The notes under the pieces were generated by a model, which worked only from the letters and a program-made list of their open reading frames with translations, was not told where the DNA came from and made no database searches. DNA of 64,000 nucleotides from Prochlorococcus sp. AG-402-I20. GTDB taxonomy: Bacteria > Cyanobacteriota > Cyanobacteriia > PCC-6307 > Cyanobiaceae. The translations under genes and the position numbers were made by a program. Below are positions 19,898 through 28,426 of this stretch, in pieces (positions within the stretch are counted from its first letter, which is position 1; each line of letters starts with the position of its first letter). The DNA is taken from assembly GCA_003216975.1 (NCBI GenBank), contig QCHY01000006.1, positions 13,972 to 77,971 of the forward strand, in the 5' to 3' direction.

Positions 19898-20857
19898 TTA
19901 CTTATTTAGTTTTACAAAGGTTAATTTCTTTTCAAAATACTTTCTTGTAATTGCCAATCCTTCTTTGAACATTATTTTAGGTTCCCAATTCAATTCTTTT
20001 CGTGCGAGTCGAATTGAAGGTTTTCTTCTTAAAGGATCATCCTCAAGTTCTTTTAAAAATTGCAGATTTACTTTTTCAATTGATGTATTTCTAATTAAGT
20101 TAGTTATTTCAAGGATAGATAATTCTTCAGGATTACCTAAATTCATAGGTCCTATACTTGAAGAATTCATAAATAGAATTAAACCATCTATCAAATCATC
20201 AACATAACAAAAGCTTCTGGTTTGATTACCATTGCCATAAATAGTTAAGTCCTTTCCATATATTGATTGAACTAATAAGTTGCTAATAAGTCTTCCATCA
20301 TTTAATAACATTCTAGGCCCATAGGTATTAAATATTCTGGCAATTCTGATCTCTATATCGTGCATTCTCATATAGTCATAACACAATGATTCGGCAACAC
20401 GTTTACCCTCATCGTAGCAACTACGAATTCCTATAGGATTTACATTGCCGTTATATTTTTCAGTTTGAGGATGTATTTCGGGATTCCCATAAACTTCACT
20501 AGTACTTGCGAATAATATTCGAGCTCCAACTCTCCTCGCCAACCCAAGCATATTGTAAGTCCCAAGAAAACTCGTTTTAGCTGTTTTAATAGGGTTAAAT
20601 TGATAATGAATTGGAGAAGCTGGACAAGCTAAATGCCAAATCCTATCAACATCAAGCTTGATTGGCTCGGTAACGTCATGATGTATAAGCTCAAAAGATG
20701 GATTTCCAATCCAATGTTCAATATTTTCTTTACTCCCAGTAAAAAAATTATCCAGACATACAACTTTTTCTCCAGATTTCATTAAGCGATCAACCAAATG
20801 AGAACCCACAAAGCCAGCTCCTCCAGTAACCAAGTTTTTTCCAGGAGATGTGGGCAT
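19898..20857 (-). CDS. UDP-glucuronate decarboxylase (UDP-xylose synthase)
   Basis: VTGGAGFVGSHL, HLACPASP, ASTSEVYG, RSCYDEGKR, DDPLRRKP motifs. Confidence 0.92.
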   Translation of the reverse strand: MPTSPGKNLVTGGAGFVGSHLVDRLMKSGEKVVCLDNFFTGSKENIEHWIGNPSFELIHHDVTEPIKLDVDRIWHLACPASPIHYQFNPIKTAKTSFLGTYNMLGLARRVGARILFASTSEVYGNPEIHPQTEKYNGNVNPIGIRSCYDEGKRVAESLCYDYMRMHDIEIRIARIFNTYGPRMLLNDGRLISNLLVQSIYGKDLTIYGNGNQTRSFCYVDDLIDGLILFMNSSSIGPMNLGNPEELSILEITNLIRNTSIEKVNLQFLKELEDDPLRRKPSIRLARKELNWEPKIMFKEGLAITRKYFEKKLTFVKLNK

Positions 20858-21026
20858 CAAAAATAAAGCTTTAAAACTTTATTTTAGTATCGCGCCAAAA
20901 ACCATGAAATTGATTAATTTCATGCCACGTAAATCTTTATGGATTAACTAAATCAAACACATTTTAAATAGGATAATTAAATTAGAAATCTTTTAAAAGC
21001 TTATCCTTTATAGCCAGGAGTTCAAT

Positions 21027-21686
21027 TTGAAAAAAGAAAAATTAAAAAAGTTCCTTACTATTGCATTATTCACGGGTGCTTTCATTTTACTTGTCTTCTT
21101 AATTCAGACGTATGGAATTGAACCATTAAGAAGTGCCGTTAAAGAAATGGGTATTTGGGCACCTTTAGGAATTCTTATACTTCGAGGAATAAGCGTAATC
21201 CTTCCAGCATTGCCTAGCTCAGTTTATTCACTTTTAGCTGGATCATTACTTGGTTTCAAAATAGGCTATCTAACTATATTTATATCCGACCTGATTTTTT
21301 GCCAGTTAGCATTTTTTATAGCTAGAAATTTCGGGCGTGCTCCTGTTCGAAGATTAGTTGGCGTAAAAGCCATGAAAAGAATTGAGGGTTTTAATCAAAA
21401 TCAACTAGAAGGAAATTTCTTTTTAATGACTGGACTACTAATGACAGGACTTTTTGATTTCTTAAGCTATGCACTAGGGATAGGTGGAACACGTTGGAGG
21501 CTGTTCACACCAGCTCTAATAATCAGTTTATTAATCAGTGATTCAATTATTGTTGCTGTTGGAGCAGGCGTAAGTCAGGGCGCCGGACTAATGCTTGGGG
21601 GAGCTTTACTTGGAATGTTTGCACTAGCAACCATCGCTGGATTTAATAAAAATAGAGTTTCCGAAACTCAAGCAAAAAGCCAATAA
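21027..21686 (+). CDS. TVP38/TMEM64 (VTT/DedA-like) membrane protein
   Basis: Multiple transmembrane segments; LAGSLLG, FFIARNFGR, FDFLSYALG pattern. Confidence 0.82.
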   Translation: MKKEKLKKFLTIALFTGAFILLVFLIQTYGIEPLRSAVKEMGIWAPLGILILRGISVILPALPSSVYSLLAGSLLGFKIGYLTIFISDLIFCQLAFFIARNFGRAPVRRLVGVKAMKRIEGFNQNQLEGNFFLMTGLLMTGLFDFLSYALGIGGTRWRLFTPALIISLLISDSIIVAVGAGVSQGAGLMLGGALLGMFALATIAGFNKNRVSETQAKSQ

Positions 21687-21791
21687 ATTCGACACAAGTA
21701 TTAAGAAATCAAATAATATAGACAAGCAAAGAGAGAAATTTTATATTTATTCTCTTTGTATTGTTAAAATTACTTTTTACTAAATGTAGAT

Positions 21792-22583
21792 ATGTCAAGT
21801 ATTCCATTTAAAGCGCTCAAAATAGGAGCAGAAACTATCAATAAAAATCCAGTTAAGTATAATAAATGCAGAATATCTGGAAGTAAAAATATAACATACG
21901 GATTACATATAAGAGGAGCATCGATGCCAGGAGAAAAAGAAAAGTTTACAGTCACATCTAAAACAAAACCTAAACAATTTGAAAACTTAATTCATAACAA
22001 AATTATGAGCAGTTATAGAAGGGATAAGATTGAAAGTTATAACTACAAAATACTTAATAAAACAAGTACTGGAATAAATATGCTTAAAATCAATGAATTT
22101 GTTCCTAATGATGATGATGCATTACTTGTAGCAATCAATGCCTTATATAAAAACATCTTTGGTAACTTATCGTTAATGCAATCTGAGCGCCCAATTGATA
22201 TAGAAAGGAAACTAAGGAATGGTGATATAACAGTGCGAGAATTTACAAGAAAAATTTGTAAATCAACTATTTATAGAAATTACTACTTTGATAATATTAG
22301 CCAATATAAATCTATCAAGTTAAGATACAAACATCTTCTTGGCAGACCCATCAGAAATCAAATCGAAGTAACTCAAAGTTCTAAAATTATAAATAACCTA
22401 GGTTTTGAATCTCATATTGATTTTCTAATAGATTCAGATGAATACAATAATGTTTTTGGTGAAGATATAGTTCCATACATGAGGACATGGAATTCTCCAA
22501 TGGGTTTTAAAACTAAAAGTTTTCTAGAGACGTCATCCATAACAAAAGCTTTTGCTACAAGTGACATTTGTGAAATTATTTAA
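21792..22583 (+). CDS. Phycoerythrin-associated linker polypeptide (PBS linker domain, PpeC/MpeC-like)
   Basis: INALYKNIFGN, LRNGDITVREF, KHLLGRP, IDSDEYNNVFGEDIVPY PBS-linker motifs; inside the cpe cluster. Confidence 0.85.
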   Translation: MSSIPFKALKIGAETINKNPVKYNKCRISGSKNITYGLHIRGASMPGEKEKFTVTSKTKPKQFENLIHNKIMSSYRRDKIESYNYKILNKTSTGINMLKINEFVPNDDDALLVAINALYKNIFGNLSLMQSERPIDIERKLRNGDITVREFTRKICKSTIYRNYYFDNISQYKSIKLRYKHLLGRPIRNQIEVTQSSKIINNLGFESHIDFLIDSDEYNNVFGEDIVPYMRTWNSPMGFKTKSFLETSSITKAFATSDICEII

Positions 22584-22622
22584 TTGTTTAAAAGTAATTT
22601 AATCCCAACACAAATCAAGTAA

Positions 22623-23156
22623 ATGAATATTGAAGAGTTTTTCTTAAAAAGCGTTGGGGAATGGAACTCAATGAGAAGCGGACATTCATTAGCGTTTCAA
22701 GAGTTTGAGGAAATAAGAAGTAAAATAAAAATCGTTCCTTCCAAAAGCAACGATTCTAGGGTTATTAAATTCTTAAAAGATAATTTAATAAATACTAATG
22801 CAATAAATAAAGCATTCCTAATTAATTGGGAAGCAAAAAGTGAATGGGTTGAAGAGAATCAAAAAGAAACCTCTTCTGGCGAAAGTATACTCGTTCCGAT
22901 AGAAATTTCTAAAAAAGAAGGAAAAATAATTAGAAGCGTTGGATACACTGAAGCAGTCCAAGTAGTATCATTATATAAAATTCTTGATGATGGAACTCTA
23001 ATTATTTATTCAGACTATAGTCATATTTGTACAGAAGAGAGAATATGGTTTATCTCAAACAATTTAAGGAGTAGATCTTCTGTTACAAGATCAATAGATT
23101 CATTAGCAATCCTACAAACCTCTTATGCATCGGAAATTCGTTCTATCAAAAAATAA
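22623..23156 (+). CDS. cpeS: Phycobiliprotein lyase CpeS (S/U family)
   Basis: FFLKSVGEWNSMRSGH start, EERIWF, NLRSR, SYASEIR. Confidence 0.9.
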   Translation: MNIEEFFLKSVGEWNSMRSGHSLAFQEFEEIRSKIKIVPSKSNDSRVIKFLKDNLINTNAINKAFLINWEAKSEWVEENQKETSSGESILVPIEISKKEGKIIRSVGYTEAVQVVSLYKILDDGTLIIYSDYSHICTEERIWFISNNLRSRSSVTRSIDSLAILQTSYASEIRSIKK

Positions 23157-23170
23157 AACATATCTAAAAA

Positions 23171-23782
23171 ATGAAAAATAAAAATGTAATAGAATTTGCA
23201 AAGATCATTTCAGGCATATTTAGTAATAAAGAACAAGCTTTAGATAATCCAAAAAACTTTGCGCATATTCAAATACATATTCGACCATTGTTTTTTAAGA
23301 CTTATCAATGTTTTGCGTTTTACTCAGAACAGAGATATCAACACGATATATGGAATCCATATAGACAGTCAATAAATAAATTATCCCACGAAAAAGAAAT
23401 TTTTATTTTAAGTAATCATAAGGTTGAAGGGCAAGAAAGATTAACTGGTGGTGCTTTAGATATATCTCTTCTAGATAACATATCTAAATGTAAGTTATAT
23501 AAAAAGTCTGGGTGCTCTATGCATTTTAGAGAAAGAAACCCAGGGAATTTTTCAGGGACTATAGAACCAGGTTGTAAATGCTATATACAATATGGAAAAG
23601 TTAAGACTTATGTAAATAGCGAAGTAAAAGTTAATAAGAACTGTCTTATTGCCAAAGATTCTGGATATGACATAGAAACGGATAAGAAAATCTGGGGATC
23701 AGAATTTGGGCCATTAATATTTAAAAAAATAGATAATTTTGATTGTTTTATTAACGAAAATTGGGATAGATCTTCAATTTAG
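23171..23782 (+). CDS. cpeT: Phycobiliprotein lyase CpeT (T family)
   Basis: FSNKEQALDNPKNFAHI, YSEQRY, NPYRQ, GYDIETDKKIWGSEFGP. Confidence 0.9.
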   Translation: MKNKNVIEFAKIISGIFSNKEQALDNPKNFAHIQIHIRPLFFKTYQCFAFYSEQRYQHDIWNPYRQSINKLSHEKEIFILSNHKVEGQERLTGGALDISLLDNISKCKLYKKSGCSMHFRERNPGNFSGTIEPGCKCYIQYGKVKTYVNSEVKVNKNCLIAKDSGYDIETDKKIWGSEFGPLIFKKIDNFDCFINENWDRSSI

Positions 23783-23802
23783 CATTACCAAAAAGAAAAC
23801 TA

Positions 23803-25107
23803 CTAAGAACAAATTTCTTTTGCCTTTAATCTCACAAATCTATGACTATCAGTCAAAAATAATTTAGCTAAATCTGTTTTAATACATTCTTGCTTATTTT
23901 GTAATACAAGCAAGGCTGTATATCTATTTTTCCAATAAGGTGTATGTCTCTCATCTGAAAAATCTTTTATATTATTAAAAAATTTAGTTTCATTCAAGCA
24001 ACCCAATATTTGTATTGCGGAAGATTTAAATTTCATGTAATCAGGCCAAATATCCGATAATAAGAAATCTACTTTATCTAAAATCAATTCATCATATAAT
24101 TGACTATCTAATAGAAATTTATATACAGTAATAAAGAAATATATGGCTCCATAATCTGATTTAGCTCTATCCCAATTATTATTTAGATAATATAAAACTA
24201 TATCTGAAGGGAATTTTAGCAATTCTTTGATTGATTGATAACATCTATTAAAGTCTGTATGAAAAAGTTGCTCAATACAAAAACTAAGATCTTTATTAAA
24301 ATCATTAACTTCTAAAGTATCTATCTTAATTGGATCATCAACAATGACTGAATCTATACAATTAAAGAGATTTATATTTTTCCACAAAACCACATCACTA
24401 ATCCAAAGAGAATCTATTGCATTTAATTTAAATGATGGAGAAATTGGGGATTTGATTAAAAAAGGTAAAACAGATAAATGACCAGCATTTATAATATCTT
24501 GAACTGCACAATGTCTATCATTTTGATTAGGTAGTCTCAAGAAATCCTTCAAATCAATAAGCTTATCCTCTTCACCACAAAGTTTTATTAATGCGGCAAG
24601 AGCGGCTCCTTTGACTCCATTAGATGATTGTGTATCCGTTGATAATGATCTTATTTTATCTATTTCTTTTTGAACTCCTAAATTAGTTAAGGTTTGTATT
24701 ACTATTCTTTTGTTATTAAATTGCTTATATAATATTGAACAAATAGTATTAATAATATTAATATCATTACATTTAAGTTTACCTAAAGACCAAATAGCGG
24801 TCTCAACGAGATAGTCATCATCATTTTCTAGAAAATCTGCAATAATTGGTATAGCTTTTTTACAATCAAAAATAGCAAGTACTTCTATGGCTTTTCTTTT
24901 TGCTATGTTGTATTCAAGTTTTTGATAGTCATATTTGATAAAGTCAAGAAGTACAATTTCTGATTCTTCGCATGGGTAATTTGCCAAGTGGAATACAGCT
25001 TTATAATAGTCGGCTAAAATCTTAACTTCAGAAATTGGTTTTCTAAGAATATTGATAGCATCTCTTTTATTAATTTTAGGTAGATTATTAAATGAATTTA
25101 ATTGCAC
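23803..25107 (-). CDS. cpeY: HEAT-repeat bilin lyase, CpeY family
   Basis: DYYKAVFHLANYP N-terminal motif, RKAIEVLA, HEAT repeats, HRFVR end; GTG start. Confidence 0.8.
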   Translation of the reverse strand: MQLNSFNNLPKINKRDAINILRKPISEVKILADYYKAVFHLANYPCEESEIVLLDFIKYDYQKLEYNIAKRKAIEVLAIFDCKKAIPIIADFLENDDDYLVETAIWSLGKLKCNDINIINTICSILYKQFNNKRIVIQTLTNLGVQKEIDKIRSLSTDTQSSNGVKGAALAALIKLCGEEDKLIDLKDFLRLPNQNDRHCAVQDIINAGHLSVLPFLIKSPISPSFKLNAIDSLWISDVVLWKNINLFNCIDSVIVDDPIKIDTLEVNDFNKDLSFCIEQLFHTDFNRCYQSIKELLKFPSDIVLYYLNNNWDRAKSDYGAIYFFITVYKFLLDSQLYDELILDKVDFLLSDIWPDYMKFKSSAIQILGCLNETKFFNNIKDFSDERHTPYWKNRYTALLVLQNKQECIKTDLAKLFLTDSHRFVRLKAKEICS

Positions 25108-25260
25108 TTTTAATTTAAAGATCTATATTTAGTAGATAAGCTTTAAGCATTATATTCAGCATAAAATACATGCTGAATATAAAAAAGATACTATTTATGA
25201 AAATACATGTAATAACATTACAGCGAATATATTAATCTAGATTACACAAGAAGCTTTTAA

Positions 25261-26124
25261 GTGGATAATTACTCGAAAAGCAAACTAACAACAGAAGAAG
25301 AGAAATCAACCACCCAGAATAGCCAACGCAAGATGAGGAGTCAGAAAAAATCAATTCAAAAAGACATAAAGTTGTCAATAAAAGGTCTTAATGATGAAAA
25401 TGGTTTAGTTAGAAGAAGTCATGCAGAAGCTTTAGCTCAAATAGGAACAGCCGCTTTACCTGAACTAATTAATGCTCTTCTGAAAAGTAAAAACGTAATA
25501 CAGAGAAGAGCCGCAGCCAAGACTCTAAAGTTAGTTGGAGATCCAGCTGCTTTACCCCATTTAATAAAAGCACTTACAACTGATTCAGATTCTGTTGTGC
25601 AATTTTCTGCCGCTGGAGCAATCGCTATTTTCGGCGAGGATGCTGTCAATCATCTAATCATTGTCTTAGAGAGTAAAGAACATACAGAAATGCAATACGG
25701 TCTTGCATCATGGTGTTTAGAATTTATTGGAGTCAAAGCACCAAATGCAATAAAGAGAGCAGCTAAATCAAACAACACTAATGTTAAATCAGCTGCGATT
25801 TCAGCCCTCGAAGAACACATTAGACAGTCACAAGACCTGGAAGCAATTGAGTTAGTAAAAAATGCTATTAATGATACGGCTGAAAATGTTCAGATTGAAG
25901 CTATTAAATTAGTTGGTAAATTAGATAGAATAGAATCATTAATACCTAGTTTAATATCAAAATTAAAAAACAAACGTCCAGATATTCGAAAAGCTTCTGT
26001 ATTGTCATTGATGCAACTTAATATTAACAAAGCTGTAAGACCTCTCAAAGAACTCCTTGAGATTGAGCAGGATAATAATGTTAGAACAATAATTAAATTA
26101 GCTATAAAGAAAATTGATAACTAA
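25261..26124 (+). CDS. HEAT-repeat bilin lyase, CpeF/MpeX-like (E/F clan)
   Basis: GLVRRSHAEALAQIG, QRRAAAKTLKLVGDP HEAT repeats; position in the cpe cluster. Confidence 0.78.
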   Translation: MDNYSKSKLTTEEEKSTTQNSQRKMRSQKKSIQKDIKLSIKGLNDENGLVRRSHAEALAQIGTAALPELINALLKSKNVIQRRAAAKTLKLVGDPAALPHLIKALTTDSDSVVQFSAAGAIAIFGEDAVNHLIIVLESKEHTEMQYGLASWCLEFIGVKAPNAIKRAAKSNNTNVKSAAISALEEHIRQSQDLEAIELVKNAINDTAENVQIEAIKLVGKLDRIESLIPSLISKLKNKRPDIRKASVLSLMQLNINKAVRPLKELLEIEQDNNVRTIIKLAIKKIDN

Positions 26125-26148
26125 CATACTTAAAAATAATCAAGAATA

Positions 26149-26745
26149 TTAAATAATTTTATCTCTTAAAATATCTTCTTTTATCATTGGATCAATAGAT
26201 TTATCATTTAATAATTTATCAAATAAATCATCAATAGTTTGATCTTTCATTTCTAGAAGAGCACTAATAGAAGCTTTAGCTATTAACAAGTCTTTATCTC
26301 TACAAGTTTTGATCAAAATATTTCTACCAGTGTTACCTAATTGCCTCAAAAGAGAAATAACAGTCAATATTATCTCAGGTGAACCATCTTTAAGAGCTAG
26401 ATCTACTACTAACATCTCCTTCTGAGTTAATTCTTCTAAGTTAAAATTAACAACAACTTTTATCATTGTTTTAAGGCAGCTAACTTTAACAATTGTATTA
26501 TTGGTTTCCATATACAATGAAACGATTGAATTTAAAGCTTTTTCTCCAAACATACTCAAAGCTAATATTGATTTTCTTCTTATAAATAAATCTTCTTCCT
26601 TAAGATTAGCTATGAGATTCTCCATAAATCTAAATTCAAATTCTTTTCTTAAGATCAAAAATGCTTGAGAATTAATATTTGGATTTGGATGCAGAAAATC
26701 TTGATAAAGTTCAATATAATTATTTATATCTACATAATCATTCAT
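26149..26745 (-). CDS. cpeZ: Bilin lyase partner/chaperone CpeZ
   Basis: FLHPNPNIN motif, RRKSILAL, 198 aa, directly downstream of cpeA. Confidence 0.82.
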   Translation of the reverse strand: MNDYVDINNYIELYQDFLHPNPNINSQAFLILRKEFEFRFMENLIANLKEEDLFIRRKSILALSMFGEKALNSIVSLYMETNNTIVKVSCLKTMIKVVVNFNLEELTQKEMLVVDLALKDGSPEIILTVISLLRQLGNTGRNILIKTCRDKDLLIAKASISALLEMKDQTIDDLFDKLLNDKSIDPMIKEDILRDKII

Positions 26746-26807
26746 TATTATTTAAAATCATTTGTTAAAACCCCCTAAAACTATTTTAATTAAATTAATT
26801 TATTTTT

Positions 26808-27275
26808 TCATGCAAGTGCGTTTATTAAATAATCCAATAATCCTTTAAATTCTGTTTCTGCCTGCTGACTCATAACATCATTTATTTTAATTTCATCTCT
26901 AATAAAAATAAATGCTTCTATATATGCAGCTGTTGGTAGTAACTGGATACGAATAATTTCTCTCATACCTGATATTCCCCATTCATCTAAAGGACCAGTG
27001 CCTCCAGTTACTAAGCAATAATTAATAAGACGCAAGTAATGATGAATATCTCTCACACACTTATCTTTATTAGCCTGCTCATATGAGCCATTTTGATATA
27101 CAGCATCAACGGCAAGATTGGTAAATTTATCAATACAAGAAGCAAGTTTTTCTGCAGCCTCCAGACGAGCTTTAGCCCTATCAAAAGAACCTTTCACAGA
27201 CTCAAAATCGCTCATGCTAGGAAATCTTCCTGCTGCATCAGCTGCGCTAACAACGGTTGTAACTGCTGATTTCAT
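26808..27275 (-). CDS. cpeA: Phycoerythrin alpha subunit (PE-III type)
   Basis: MKSAVTTVVSAADAAGRFPS, KDKCVRDIHHYLRLINYCLVTGGTGPLDEWG. Confidence 0.96.
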   Translation of the reverse strand: MKSAVTTVVSAADAAGRFPSMSDFESVKGSFDRAKARLEAAEKLASCIDKFTNLAVDAVYQNGSYEQANKDKCVRDIHHYLRLINYCLVTGGTGPLDEWGISGMREIIRIQLLPTAAYIEAFIFIRDEIKINDVMSQQAETEFKGLLDYLINALA

Positions 27276-27338
27276 AGTGACTTAATAAGAATTGGTTGGA
27301 AGTGCTTTAGATGAGGAAAAAAGATTAAAGTTGAATAT

Positions 27339-27890
<552 letters not shown>

Positions 27891-27916
27891 TTAAATACCT
27901 AGGCTCTATAAGTAAA

Positions 27917-27960
27917 AAGTTAAATAAGTAATGATTTAATAGTCATTACTTATTTAACTT
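27917..27960. promoter_or_regulatory. Perfect 18-bp inverted repeat upstream of cpeB
   Basis: AAGTTAAATAAGTAATGA-N8-TCATTACTTATTTAACTT; function inferred only. Confidence 0.5.
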
Positions 27961-28113
27961 AAGACTTACAGTCAAATTTCACTGCAAGAGACCTAAGAAC
28001 GCAATGCTTCTTAACTGTAAAAAGAATTTTTACTCAAATCATTCATAGAGTTATCTCAAAAAGCTTATAAGCAAAGGGGATATTACTAATTTGAGCTATT
28101 GTTGAGCTAAAAA

Positions 28114-28338
28114 ATGCAACTTCCTACTGAAGAAGAATTAGAAGAATCAATTAAGGAACTAACCGAGTATAAAGATCGTTTAGAAAAAGAAGTGGTTACT
28201 ATTTCAAATAAGCTAAAAATGCCTCAGAAAAAAATCAACGAAATTATCAACTCGCATTCAGAGCTTAATCAAATTAAAATAATACTTTCCAAACTAAATA
28301 AACAAAAAGAAGGTGTGACTTCTAACTTAATACCATAA
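28114..28338 (+). CDS. Small conserved hypothetical protein (coiled-coil like)
   Basis: PTEEELEESIKELTEYKDRL...KLKMP; ATG-initiated ORF between cpeB and uvrD. Confidence 0.7.
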   Translation: MQLPTEEELEESIKELTEYKDRLEKEVVTISNKLKMPQKKINEIINSHSELNQIKIILSKLNKQKEGVTSNLIP

Positions 28339-28426
28339 CTTTATTTTATCTTCTTAAATAATATAAAATGATCTCTATTAATATTGCTCAAACTAAATTT
28401 AAATTAATGTATTTTCAATCTGTAAA

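Noticed and set aside
25209-25221. NtcA-like GTA...TAC site between lyase genes
   Set aside because: Spacing is N7, not the N8 required.
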